Below the pieces are notes generated by a model, which was not told the origin of the DNA, did not search any database, and was given only the letters and a program-made list of their open reading frames with translations. The position numbers and the translations under genes were made by a program. A stretch of 64,000 nucleotides of DNA, taken from Bugula neritina (lineage: Eukaryota; Animalia; Bryozoa). Numbering within the stretch: position 1 is the stretch's first letter; every line of letters begins with the position of its first letter. The stretch covers positions 11,522,722 through 11,586,721 of the forward strand of contig OZ037766.1 of assembly GCA_964035545.1 (NCBI GenBank), written 5' to 3'. Below, in pieces: positions 1 through 14,100 of this stretch.

Positions 1-1435
1 AGGCTATACAGTGATGTCAAGAAAGGTTAACTTAAGCTATCAAATTGTTATTATATGGAGATGTTCTCCTGAAAATGACTTGAGTTGTTGCCACAAGTAA
101 CAAACAGATGCTGTTAATTGTTACTATAGCGACGACGGTTGTACTTATGGGGAAAGGTACAGACAGGGCTAAATGTCAAGGTGCTGTGATTTGAAGAAAC
201 TTAACTTCCTATGTTTATAGTGGCTGGTGGTTATCTACATCATACATTAATTGACCTGATACCCTGCATGCTATCAAATAAACAAAATAGTGTCAAAATG
301 CTGGATAATAAGCATTACCGCTGTTATTCTGTGTGCGAAGGAAGCAATGCTTAGCACATCCTAAAGTGACTTCCCTGCTCATACAGAGTAAAATTATCAG
401 ATTACTGGGTCCAACTATTGTCACTATTGTCCCGACAATCTAGATTTTAGTAGAACAATAGCTGTGTTTGATAGTTTGCTAGTATTTGTTTGTCATTTTC
501 ATCAGTGAAGCTCACCACTTTAGTAGTTTATAATGCAGTCGGTAGTAGTAACAAAGCTATAATAATCCATAGCATATCAATTCTTGCTGTGAAAAAAGAA
601 GAAACTTGCCTGGCTGTGAGGGTGATTGCTAAAGCCAGCGTTGTAGCCGATAGATATAAATATACACAGGCTGGGAAGGTTGCTATTTCAGTGACATGCC
701 ACTGCTTGTTTGTGGAAGATTGATGACACAGTATAAGATGATGTCAACAGCTGCCAACTCCTTGTCATCCCATTCTCGTCTAGTAACTGAGAGATTTCAA
801 TAGCTTCAGTTCTTAAACTTGGAGTGTATATTCAAGCTCTCTTAATAACATAGCTTCTTCTGCAGTGTTTCTCTTCCAGAACACAGCCTTTTTCCAAACG
901 TAGTACCCATTACTCCACCGTGTGAAAAGCTACTTTCCAATCCCATAGATTTGGTAATAAATTGTCAAACACAGAGTTCTTACAAAATGTGCGTGTATGC
1001 AATATGTATAATAGAAAACTGATGAGTAAGCAGCAGTTAATTTATAAACCAGCTAAAGAATTACTATGAATCCATTCAAGGTGGGATGTCAGGCTTGTAT
1101 AACAAATATATTGTTTTGTAATGATTTGGGGAATGCAAGGACGGCTATAAATCACCATGTTGGACTTGAACCTCACTTACGGTTCAGCTTAATTGTGGTG
1201 TTGCATAGATGATTGGTGCAGTACTCTTGGGAGAGATCCACGAAAATAGAATGGTATTTTGGTGTAGATATGACTGTAAGCAGCCTAGAATCACTAGTAC
1301 CCCCAGGGAATCTTTGGTGCTTTGTCAGTGTCAATATTACTCAAGTTTTATGTTATAGTTAATGTAACTTGATAGTAAGATATGAATGTTATATAATTTC
1401 AGGACTGCAAATTAAATAAAATGAACATATTTTAG

Positions 1436-4400
1436 AATGAAGGCTGCAGAGCTGCTGGAGCTGGACTTCTTCAATGAATGGTCTGTACACTTGGATTGTA
1501 CAGTAACAGGCAAAGCTGGGGTCCTCAGATTCACACTAACTGATGATGTTATAAAAAGTAAAAGAGAACTGCAGAAGGATGGTCAGGCTGTACAGTTTGA
1601 CTTTGACATGTACACTGACAACCCGAAGGCAGTGGTTGAGGAGTTGGTATGTATCTGTTGTATCTGTAGTTTAACAGACTCAACCATACCGAGTTCTTAT
1701 CACCAATGTTATAGCACTTGTGTTTCACATGACAACTTTATAGCACCCAAGATATGTGGTTAAACTATTTAATTCTAGGTCAGTTCGGGCTATCTAGATA
1801 AAGGCAATGTCAAAGTGGTTGTTAAAATTATGCTCGACAAGATTGCCTATTTCAAAAAGCTGCACTTGTCCCGTTCCAACTCCTACAATGTGGAAACCTC
1901 TGGAGTGAGTCCAGATGCCATCTGCGGTCTGGCATCTTCAGATAAGGTGGAAAGTAATACGAGTTTCAAGTGTCTGTCTTCAACTGATGTCGGTGAAAAA
2001 CAGGAAGGTGTGGGAAATGTCAAGGTAATTATTATCATTAGCTATCCCAAATATTTGTTTGCTGCCACTGGACCCTGGTGCCAATGGAGTAGAGCAACTT
2101 GTTTTCTAGTATTCAGTATAAGCTGTGTCAGTTTTGAGACAAACAATAATGTCTAAATGGTATTTAGCAGTTGTCTTCTCAATAAGTCGTTGCTTTAACA
2201 AGTTCACATGGCAGGTTTGTGGTGCATCTAAAAAGGTTCACAGAGTTTTAAAGTTGTGGTGAACCAGCCTGTCTATGCAATGTTCCTATTGCACTGCTTC
2301 TTACTGTCAACTTTCAATAGCTTAATACTAGTGTTACACATCTTACTAAAACATGGCTTTAGATTTTACTGTTTGTTGTTTGGGAAGAGGACAACGTTTC
2401 AATTCTAAATATGGTAGTTGTCCTCACCTGTACGGTTTTACAATCTGCTAGTAATGGTTATGTTTACACCTGTGAATATGATGTGGTGCAGCTATTAGGT
2501 AGCATACACATTAGATAGGCCCTCTCTTGTTTATTTCTGTCCTAAGATGGTAAGTTTGATGCATATGTTGTAAGCCTCACAGTGTTGTACGTGTTCCTAG
2601 GTAAGCAGTTTGTCAAATTGGCCAGTAAACTGAAAATTTTAAAATTTAAAAAGAGTAAACAGATTATAAACAAACTGCTTGCTCTGGTCAACTCTGCATT
2701 GCTCCGTGGTATTACTCTACTATCCCACAGGTGGGAAATCTAGCCTCGCTTGAAGGGAAACTTACAGCTAGAACGTCTGCCAAAGACTTGTAAGTCTACT
2801 AATAGCAAGCCTAACTTAAACATTTCCTGTGTCCATGTTGTACTCGTGTTGAAGTTCTTTTGCTATTTCCTGCCTAGAAATGCACTAATCTGTGTATAAA
2901 ATGTTTTCTAGAGACGTTAGGCTGAGAAAAAGGAAATCTGTAAGAGTGCTCATTCAGGAAATCAACATCAAAGATGATTCTACTGTTGTAACTTGTGAGC
3001 TGCATTCGGGCAAAGCTACAGTCACCTTTACGTTCAACTGTGACCTTGATCAAGCTGATGATATCACTGTCAATCTTGTAAGTGATTTACAGCGAGTGAC
3101 TAGCAGACACTGTCGATTACCACCAGTTATCCGTTTTTATATTGAGGCCTGTTTTTAAAATAAAATGTTAGTGTTTTTACCAAATGCATTATCCATTATT
3201 TTCTATACCAGTCCATACTTCTATTCATTTGATTTACTTCTCCCTTAGTTCCCATAGTTCCCATTTGTGGGTTGATCTGCTGATACTACTCTACTGTTTC
3301 TTGATTGACTGGTTTTCAAGTACTGCTAACGGTTATCTTAATCAGCTCAATATGCATTCTTCAGACTATTCTAGTTAATTTGTTGTTAAAGAGGGACATT
3401 TTTATCACAATAAAATTGATAATTTGTGTTCTCAGCTTCAATTTATTACATTAAACTGCATCTGTCATGGGCCTTATCATTAGTCCCTGTCTTGTTAAAT
3501 GTTGTAGTCAATATTACTGATAGCTTTGCCAGGGTAAGCATCAGTCTAGCGTTTTATTTTAGAGGGAATATCTGGGAAGTGAGCAACAAGAAACGGCCAA
3601 TGAGCAGATCAATTACATTATCGAGACGGTGAAAACTCACAAAACCCAGCCAGAGCTGGCTAAAAGTATATGTGAACACAGGATCAGCAGGGCCAATTCC
3701 GGTGAGGCACGACAATACACCATGCAATATAAATGGTGGTACAGTATCTGAGTGCATGTATGCTATGTGTCAACTAAACTCATTTTTCTGACTACAAACC
3801 TAGAATATTTAATTTATGAACAGCAGTTGTGTTCCTTGGATGCCTAACGTTGATGTGTCTTTTGTTTTAGCAGCTCACGCTGTCAATAATTCTCCATGCC
3901 ACAGTAGAGTTAGTTCCACGGGTCTCTTTGACATGCAAGAGTGTCTGTTATCCCCGCCTTGCTCTCTCAGTCACGCTGACAGTCATGCTGAGGCAGCAGA
4001 TGAAATGCAGGTGAGAGATCGGTCAACCACCTGGTCAGCCAACTCGAGGGACACCAAACCCGACATGGGAAGGAAGATGTCTGAGCCACTAATGTCAGAT
4101 TGCCACACCCTTGCGTCATTCAAACCCAGCAGCCTGGCCACGGTATTTAAACCTTGCAGCATGCATACATTTTGCTCCTTAGTGGAATACCACCTTCCCA
4201 AATTGAATAATTTTTTCACATTGTGGTCATCTTCATTTGTATAAAAAGCAAAACGGTTCATTGTTGAGCTTCCATTTAATTTGTTGATTTTTTTTTAAAA
4301 TGATGCATTTGGAGAAAGAATATTAAACCTTTAAAAATATCAGATTTTGCTGTCCAGGTACTCGTACCTTCTTAAATTATTGGCTTCTAAATGTGGTTTT

Positions 4401-7400
4401 TTTGTGTAAGGGCAACCTTATACACTAGGCAAAGTTATATTCATATGTGTGCTTTAAGATTTACCAGTTTGTGATTTGCAGATACAAAGCTCTCCTACTA
4501 CTCCCAGTACTTCTAGTAAAATGTACCACCAGTGGCAAAGTTCTCACGATGAAGATGAGGCTAAGGTATGTGTCAGCCAATTACCTCGTAACCTACCAAT
4601 TGTTTATATTAGCTCAACTTTCTGTGTGAGAGTTAGTTAATGGTGAGCCAGTATATTATGCTATTAGTACATTTGCTTCAAGGGTAGTCACTTCAGTTCA
4701 TCTTCATCTACCTTGATCTCCAGTCAGCCATAACCTCCCATCCCAGGTCTGTCTGAGAGAAATTAAAATATTCTGGCTTTGAGAACTTTGTTTTAATAAG
4801 ATTATCACCAATACTGTAGTTAAATTCAACTTTGTATAAAAGTATAAATTATTAAAATTTTGTTTAAAAAGTTTCTTAAAAACCCTATAGATTGGACTCT
4901 CTTAGCAGAGGTGTAGTTGGCAGCATTTCTGCTGTCTATTGAACTAAACACCCAACAGTAGCCAGCCAGGTATTTCACCTTACTGCTAGTACAGCAGTGC
5001 AAACCTTGGCACACCTTACTAAGGTTATTTAAAACCTGGCTTTATACAGTATAAACGCTTTGAAACCTTTAGTAAGGAAGATGTATGGCCTCACTAAAGT
5101 CCTTGAATTAAATTTTATTATTTTTAGTGTAAGGGTAATTTAAAATGCAATGACTACAGCTGCCTTGTGTTTGAATTTTTATGATGAATGCATGTATATA
5201 AAGCTTTTGCCTTTTTAGTACGAAGATAGAACCCAGCACCTGAGAAGAGCTCTGGATATCACAGAATTAGGAAAAAGTATAGAAAACATCATGTCTGGTA
5301 CAACAGACAAAACCTCTTTCTCCACAAATGTTGGTTATCACAGGTTAGTTTATGGCACAAACCTACTCTTTATTTTCTAGATTTTTGAAAATGATTCTTT
5401 TAGATGGATTTGTGATAATTGTTGTATGCAGGATGTTATGATGTGCATGTAATATGGTCGTGTTGAAAATGGTAACTCAGAAAATAATATTTAAATGTAT
5501 TGCAGTACGCATGATAAACTATAGCACTAGTAGAATAAGTTGCACATTAGAATGGAGTGTAATTATCTAGCAAAAAATAGTTTTAGCCAGGGAGGATTTC
5601 TAATAGGATATGTAAAATTGAGAGAATATACTACTTTGTTAGAATGTAGCATTTTCATAGTTAGATTATCTAAGCACACACATGTCCAGCTTTGTATAAT
5701 GGTTATGTATAGTCGTAGCTTGGCGTCCTCACCTATGCTGAGGAGAATGTACAGGTAATGTATTATATCTTACAGCTTCTCAAAAATGCTTCCATATTGC
5801 TAGATGAATATTGAATAGCTTTTGTATTAGTTTTCACCATGTGAACTGGTTTATACGTTTTAGAAGCATGTGTGCACCCTAACTGCACTGTAACTTTCGT
5901 GAGCTTTCATTGAAGCCGATAAAAGCTATGATTTTCCATTTGTGTCAGTTTTACAGCTGCGTGTAGTGTGTGTGCAGAAACTAACTGTTTTAATGAAACC
6001 AATCTTTTTTTGCTAGCATCAACACATGCTTGCCATCAACTCTATGCATATTATCCATATTTATTGAAATATGTTGTATATTGTAAGCTGTGTTTGCTGT
6101 TATATCCAGTAGTGTTTTGCTATGATTTCTGTAGAACTAGACAGCTGTCTTCCACCAAAGGTGAAGGTGAAATACTTAGTCCAAACGATTCCACCAGCAC
6201 AAACAGTACTGGTGTGTTTGATCTTTCATATATTCTTTTATTTACTCGTATATATCTCATATTAACATATTTACATTTACAAAAGGGTATTAGGCATTTC
6301 TTTCTAAATAAGAATCATACATGTTTTACCTAGTTCATATTGTCCATCTTAATAACCTCCTCCCCAACCCAGTTTGGTTTGGCAGTTTTGTCCTACGGGT
6401 GGAAAAGGGGAAGCATGTGTCAAAGGTCTTTTATACCTTCACTGGAAAAAGTACAACTACAAAGTTTCAATTCGTTTCACCTTTATAGCTTTACTGTATA
6501 ATCGCTACTTGATGACCTTTGAAAACGTAATGAATCTCATAGAAGAGATCATTTGGAAATTTGAAACTTTATTTAGTGGTTTTCTAGTAAATCGTTTGAT
6601 CAGCTAACTAATAATTAAATGATGATATCCACAAGGATTTATCATTCCCTTTGACTATATTTTGAATTCCTTTTGACTATATTATGAATTCGGGAAAAAT
6701 CATTACAAGACAACAATTTTAATGAGGAGCTTTTGCAATGCAAAGCAACTCGGCCAAATAGTATTTTTGACTAAAAATCTTGAAAGTATAAACGCACCTT
6801 AGACCTTATGGCTAGTTTCCAGTAAAATAATATGTTCCAGTTAAACAGTTCCAAACTAACAAGTCCAGACTTAGAAAACTAGTTAATGATTGAATTCATG
6901 TAAGGCTGGAGTTCTAAAAGTTAGTTTGCAACTTTCAAAGCTACAGCCAGCATCAATAAAAAGCATGCATTTTGTGTTTCCCAATTCCTTTGCATCGGCT
7001 TATAGCTTTTTGAAGCCATCCATGACATGATGTTGTGACTACTGTAATTTCTCTTGTGAGGAAGTAATGATCCCAACCATGACTTGATATGTGTGGAAGA
7101 CAACTCCTATATCCAATATAATATAATATTATGCAGAATTAGAAGTGTAAATTAACCATTATGTTAATAGCAGCGTATTATTTCAGCATTCAACAGTCTG
7201 ACATACGACAGTGGCTTCTTCACTATGCAGTTATCCACACCGAAATCAAATTCACTAGTAACTAAAGCTCCTATTGCTGAAACTACTAAGAAAGTTGGCA
7301 GATTTGCTGTTGGGGTTGTGCAAGAACGACCTGGTAAATAAACATTAATTATATATAGTTTTGGTGAGAATACACATTTTTGTTGAACTCGCTATGTGAA

Positions 7401-8777
7401 TTTGCATATTTGCTTTCTAGTTTACTAAACTCTGTAACATTCATGAAACTAAATAAGCAATTGCTAAATTTTCAGTAGAAGTTAGGTCATGGGTATGTAT
7501 GTAGTTGTTGTTCAACAAAATAATGTCATGATGACAAGCTAATAGGATTTTGTTGTGCTGGAGAAAGCTTAGCCAGCCGTAGATAGTGTTATCTCCCAGT
7601 TAGTGACTATGATTCCAGAGAGTCAACCTGGTACATTTGTTACACAAAGTATTCACACAGTTGAGCAGCACGTCACTGTGCTATTTCCAACGTAGCAAAT
7701 GTATTATACTTCATTCTGAATTTCACTCATAATTTAGATTATTGTTAAGCTTTCATTAGGTTTCAGTAAGTTTAAACCTTGCCTGTCAGCACATTATTAT
7801 TGTAGTGAAGTTTAGGTATTGATAAACTCTGTGTGTGTTGCAGCCCGCTTGCCAGTGACGCCTCTTTCTACGCAGCTACTGGGTGTAGCAGAAGACAGTC
7901 CAACTACTGATCAGGTATTCGCTGCATCCGATGTGACCTTAACCCCTGGGAACGACAACCCCCAAGATTCTTTGACTTCTGAGAAGGACAATTCCCAAGA
8001 TTCCTTGGCTCCTGGGAAGGACAATTCCCAAGATTCCTTGGCTCCTGGGAAGGACAATTTTCAAGATTCCTCAAATCATAGGAATAACAACTCCCTCGAA
8101 TCTAATGCAGATAACTCAGGCCCAACTTATCGAACAGATTTATCCCCCCTGTGCAGACATCCCCAATGTGCAATAGAGTATGAAAACGACCTGCATATAG
8201 CAGATATGAAAGCAAGGTAGATCTATACCATTACATGTGATTTTACTATGTTTAGTACTGTTTTTTTTTTCTTTTTTTGCTGCAATGGTTGATATAAATG
8301 ATTGATTGCTATTACAGACAAGCTTCTGAATTGGCTAACTTAGAGATGAGACATAGAAGGGAGTTGGAGCATTTCATCATCAGGCGAAAAACTGTTGCGT
8401 TGTATCGAAAGAGCTGTCCAGCTTGCTCTGTCCTTCACGATAAATATTCTTTATGTGACGTCCACAACGCAGCTCTTACTTTGTTACACCCTGACTCACT
8501 TAGTTCTGAGTCTAACTCTCCTAAATCAATAACTAGATCAAAAGAGGTGATAGAGTTTGTTTCTGGTGTGTTGAGGCAGAATAGTGGAGGAACTGTTAGG
8601 AAATCTCGTCACAACTCAATGGAGCAACTTATGCAAAATATGAAAGACAGCAAAGAAAAGGATTCTGGCCTACAAGAATTACACAATAAGGTACTTTCAA
8701 CCACGGAAGAGAAGAATTTAATAGCAGAGTTGGGTGCTCATCAGCTAAGTTTTTTCTCCCATTATCTAAATCCTTAA
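1436..8777 (+). CDS. WNK: WNK-family serine/threonine kinase, 3' portion (kinase domain mostly upstream of the window). Exons read by eye: 1436-1646, 1779-2024, 2731-2789, 2912-3077, 3563-3701, 3871-4142, 4482-4565, 5219-5343, 5713-5754, 6135-6211, 7187-7333, 7844-8216, 8318-8777; small extra exons possible
   Basis: Kinase subdomain XI tail (R-MKAAELLELDFF), then a CCT/OSR1_C-like domain (QAVQFDFDMYTDNPKAVVEELVSSGYL), a second CCT-like domain (VVTCELHSGKATVTFTFNCDLDQADDITVNL), an RFxV motif (KKVGRFAV) and a C-terminal coiled coil (MKARQASELANLEMRHRRELE). The GT-AG exons join in compatible phases. Confidence 0.8.
7300..7311 (+). other. RFxV docking motif (RFAV) within a WNK exon
   Basis: AGA TTT GCT GTT in frame in exon 7187-7333. 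RFxV is the established SPAK/OSR1 CCT-domain docking motif of WNKs. Confidence 0.75.
7945..8073 (+). repeat. Coding minisatellite, 33-nt unit, about 4 copies (PGKDNSQDSLA)
   Basis: Units start at 7945, 7978, 8011 and 8044 and are in frame in the WNK exon. Confidence 0.9.
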
Positions 8778-11121
8778 ACCAAAGTAACCAACATTCTAAT
8801 GAATTGTTGAAAAATAGAGTTGCAAATGAGTTGATTTCTTCACACAACTCTGTGTTGAGAGAAGTAAATTCTATGGAGAGGTCCATAACTAATGACAGGT
8901 AAAAGTTGGTTGCTAGTAACTGTGCACTCCTTATTCTGTATTTTGTTAACATAAATATATATAGTATAGTCCAAGTATTACTTATTGCTACAAGAAATAT
9001 TTATACTGCTCAGGATTTTATTTGAATATTTCTGTACTATGCATTATTTACCTGTGCCACTAAAAATTCAGCTGGGTAGCATTGGTTGTTTACTTTTGCT
9101 ATTTTATACTATTTTTGGATTGTAGCTTTTTAACTAATTGTGCACATAAAACTTAGCTTTATATATGCATATAATTTATTAACTTATATTATAAAGAGCC
9201 ATTATTCATGTTTGCTTATGCAATTCTAGTCATATGATTTACATCATGTGTTATCTTGCCTTTCTGTCCTCCATTTTTATGCCAGGAAACTATTTGGCTT
9301 ACGAATGTTCCGCACAGCAAATCACTATGCTATGGCTATGATCTCCAGCTCAACTGCAATAAATTCTTTACCAAAACTGAACTAAACAGATTTTTAGCAG
9401 TGATGCTTGTATATTTTTTCATTACATGTCATTAGTTGAAACATAAACATAGAGTAAATAGTTGCTAAGCAAAAATGGTTAGCACTTGGATAGTGCCCAT
9501 TAGAATGTTTTACAAATAGTTGGTTTAGTTTTAATGTAACATTATAATATGACCATATAACATAACTAAACTAAATTCTTGCATGCGGTTACTACAGAAA
9601 GCATTGTGATTTAATTATATAGAATAAAATAATAAAAGCACCCAGAGAAAAATATGTATAGAATATAAAACCCAGTGTGATGGGAAGGCAAGTGGAATAT
9701 TATATTTTGTGATGTACTGCTTGTTAGAATATGGGCATGCTTCATAAATTACCAACCAATGAAAATATGTGTTACACAAAGTGCTCAGTAAACATGATAG
9801 GGTTCTAGACCCTCTCAGTTCCAACACAGAGTAATGTGCGAGTATATCTGCTTCTGGTTATAATTTCTGTCATCGCTTCAGCTGATGTGGCGAAACGTTT
9901 AGCTACAAGAAAAAAATAATGGTAAATTTTCACAAAGCTTCTGGTGGTATTAGTACAAGAGAAGTACACTGGAGTAAATTTTGAACAATTCTGTTTCTGG
10001 TGGGAAAAGTTATTACAACAACTAACCGTGAAACAGGCAAAGCAAATAAGCAAGTTTGTGTGATAGCCTACTTATAATAGAATGATGATTGCATAAAGCA
10101 GTGTAGTTGAAAGCTACAATTTAAATTTAGCAATTTGATTTCATCTTCTGTCACAAGACTAACCACCAAGTAATCTTGCAGTGTAAAAAGTGCTACCCCT
10201 AGCTTGGTGATGTCTTCTATATTTCAGCTGAATATAAATTTTTCTTTTAAATTTGAGACAAGTAACAAAACATGATAGTTTTTACAGCTCACAGTTTACT
10301 AAGAAACTGAAATACGGCCAAATTTATGCTGATGATATATAAATTCACATTGCCTATTCAAAATTTAATTATATGATTATATTATGCTCTAAAGTCTAAA
10401 ATTTTAAAACATGGCAGAGTGCTGTCGCAAAATATACCTATTTAAATACTATATGTTAGTATATGAAGCAGCCTAGATAAAATAAAAAGATAAAGAAATG
10501 TAATTGAGTAAAACTTGATTTGTTATAGCTATATTCACGATGAGACAAAGCACAACACTCAAAATAAGTTATTCTACTACAGAATGGACAGTTTGAAATA
10601 AACTAAATGTAGACACAACCAAAATTAACAGTTGGTAATCACACTGAGTAATTAATCCAAGTTAAAAGTAGAAAACAATTATCCAGAAAGAAAATCACTA
10701 GCAGAAATTAGGTTATAATAATTGTTAGGCATAGCAAAGTAGATGGGTTTATACGCTGTCGGCAGAAAATTTCAAGCAATTTGACACAACAATCATTGAG
10801 CTATGCCTTCATAGCTGCTCTATCTAACTCAGTATAACTGAGGGTATTTTGTGTTATGGGTTGGCAGAGTAAATCTAAGCTTCAGCAGCTGTAATATTTC
10901 AATTAGAATCAATGATATTCAAAGAATTTGTTAGCCAGTGTACTGGTGTATTGGTTACCAATTGATATTGCATTTACAACTGAAAGGACCAGGGAAACAT
11001 TCTTCATGGACTGAGACTTGACCCCTGTGTAACATTGACAGTGAAATAACAGAGAAAATCTAAGCCGCAACTACCATATGGTACGAATTGGTTAGCATAC
11101 TGAGAGGAAAGACAATTCCTG

Positions 11122-14100
11122 TTAGGCTGTGTTAATCACTACAGTAGCAACAGTTGTTCTACACACGTCTCTTACCGAACTAGCCACCTTAGATGGCGAG
11201 TGTTTTATGTAACCATCTTTGGGCGCTGCCAATTGCTGAAATCTAATAAAATGCAGCTAGAAGTAAAACTATTCTTCTAGAAGGTGAGTCAGCACACGGT
11301 ATATGATACAGGTACTAGTACAAACTAATTATAGGCTATTGTTAATATCAGGTATAAATGTTTTATAAAACATATTCTCATAAATAGTAATTTGCTATAC
11401 TCATAACTAAAAACTACCGTGATTTTAACATTATAATTTACAATTCCTCAAAAATTAGTATTTAGAATATTTAATTGAACCAAAAAATGTTAAGTATTTA
11501 CAAAGACACATGCTTGGTATTAAATTTTCAAAAGACTCTATATGGATAGCTTTGTATTGTGTATTTGTGTTAAAAGTGTAAATAAAAATCAAATAGAATT
11601 TATAGCATATTTTGCAGCTTAAATATATGTTTGCAAATTTCTGTGATAACTATTACATATATTTTAGCAGAATATCTTGTCAGCTTTCAAGAACAACTCC
11701 TTCCCTGATTGTAATTAATGTTTGAATTTATAAACTTTATCTGATAACTCATTATTGTGACCAGAAAAATATTTTATAACGCATTCTTGTAGATATGCTG
11801 CTCCCCATGAGATGTATGTATATTAGTATATACTTACTTATTCATTAGCTCCTTAGCAGTGCCATTCACTGGCATACACTCATTCTCATTTATATCCGAA
11901 GAACTTGTAACTGCTGGACTGATTTCTTCCTGCTCAGCAACTTCTGATGCAGCTTCATTAGCTTCGGAGGCTTCATTGGATGAAGGGGCTTCATTAGCTT
12001 CGGGGGCTTCATTGGCTGCAGGGGTTTCATTTGCTGCGGGGGTTTCATTTGCTGCAGGGGTTTCATCTTCACCCTCCTTTTGGCTGATAACTGAGGGTGG
12101 TCTAAGAGGAGTGGGAGTTGGCTATAAATTAAAACAAAATTCACTTAGGTCTAGAGATTATTCCCATTCACGTACAATGCAACATAGATTAATATCAAGG
12201 AACAAAATTTAAAAACTGGTGAAACTTACATTTTTTTTACAAAAAAGTGAATTGAATACTATATGCAACTTATACAACATAACAAATCATAGTAAGAGCT
12301 GCATACTTTGGAAATGGTCTTAGAGGGACGATGTGAAGCAGCGGGGCTATTCTCATAAGATCTGAATTTAGACATGATGTTTTTAGTAGTGCCTTGTTCA
12401 GGAAGCTCATTGCGTTGTAAGGTTGTGTCGGCTCGTACCACGTCATCTCTCACCTACAACACAAATGGATAGTAATTACTATTCTTAATAAATAAAGACG
12501 ATCATTTTTATGTCTTAAAGCAATATTCATCAACCCTCTCAGAGGGTGTCTATTGCTTTATTAACTGTTAATTTCATAAGAAGAATATTTTAAAGCGCTA
12601 TTGTCTTTTGACCAGTTTTACAGTTATTAATTTTTTGTTATAAGCATGTTTTCCAAAAAATATAAATTTAGAACTTTTTAAAGCCTTTTTGTTATAAGCT
12701 TCGTTTTATTTCATACTGTATGCTTCTCCTTCAGCAGATATTAGGAAACCAAATTGCCTTTGTGTTACAAGGTTGACTTATAGTAGCTACACATTACTAG
12801 AAGACTGATATGAAAAGGTGCGGGTAATACACTTACAGTAGCACTGGCAATGTACTTACAGTAGTGCTAGTAATATACTTACAGTAGTGTTAATAGTACA
12901 CTTAGGAAGCAGGCGTGGTCTAAGGGTTAGAAATAAAGTGCAAAGTAAACACGGAGCCCGAGCCCGAGTAAAGACCATTGGCGATGTTAGGAAGAGCATC
13001 CAGTAATAATTGCTCCTTTACCCAATGTGAATAAGTCCTTAGTTCGCTTTAAAAAACCTTTCTATCAGGGGTTTCTCACAGGGTTGGTGACTATAAACCT
13101 GTGTGAGTGAATACTGGTGATATACTTACAGTTGGTGTACTTTCGAATTCTCCGGCTTCAACTTTCGGTTCAATAGGTTCATCAGACACTGCTGCAGGGG
13201 CTGCAGGAAACCCCTTTGCACTGTATGCCGTTTTTCCAGCCATTATATGAAGCTTGGTGGGAGTTGCCTACCAATTGTAGAGAGTAGTGTAACCAGTGTT
13301 GAAATATGGCACTTTATAGTTTTAGTATTGACATGGTGGTGGGTAAAAAATGCTCAATGCTAGTGTATTTTGACTATTACAATAATATTAATAATTGCAG
13401 AAATGCTGAAATCAATAAACACAAAGGTGTGAAGTATATATTAGTAGAAGTTAGATAGAAGATTTTCAATCAGATGAAAACCAAGAACGTCTTGAAAAGC
13501 TCTAATGATATAAATATTGAAACATATTTTTTGTATAAACCCCTTTCATTAAAATTAGCATTATATGCCAAACTTTAAACCATAGCAATGCTTGCAAATT
13601 TTCGAGTTATTTTTTTTAAGTTTTTACAGTTGCACATAGCATATAAAATTAGTGTAATCAACTTTATAATCAGCAATTCATAAACTATTCTATCCAGTTT
13701 ATGAGACATAATTGCATTCTTTATCAAAAATAATAAAGCTAAACTAGATATTATATGTTATGGTCTTTTTTAAAGATGCTGAACTAACAATCATAAATCG
13801 AAGATTAGTTCAGTTTTAGCAAACAGAACAGCAGAAGAGAGACTTATCAAAGCAATCAAATCGACCAATAAATGAATCACAACAGCATAACCATCACCAA
13901 TTATAAAAAAATCAATAGTTTGTAATCAAGAAGTGAAAAGTGTAAAGGAAGACACAATAGACGAGCAGAGAGAGAGCTCGGAGAAAGATTCACGACAATA
14001 ACTGGATAGAAGTTGCAGAGCAAGCGGCTCAGCAGCGAAGCACTCATACTTTGAGGCTGATGCCGGATGGAACATACGATGCCGTCTGTTTACTAGCTAT

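Noticed and set aside
11859-12212. ORFs 11859-12212 (+) and 11890-12144 (-)
   Set aside because: Antisense and wrong-frame readings of exon 12121-11838; splice phase gives the PTPTPLRPP...NETPAA frame.
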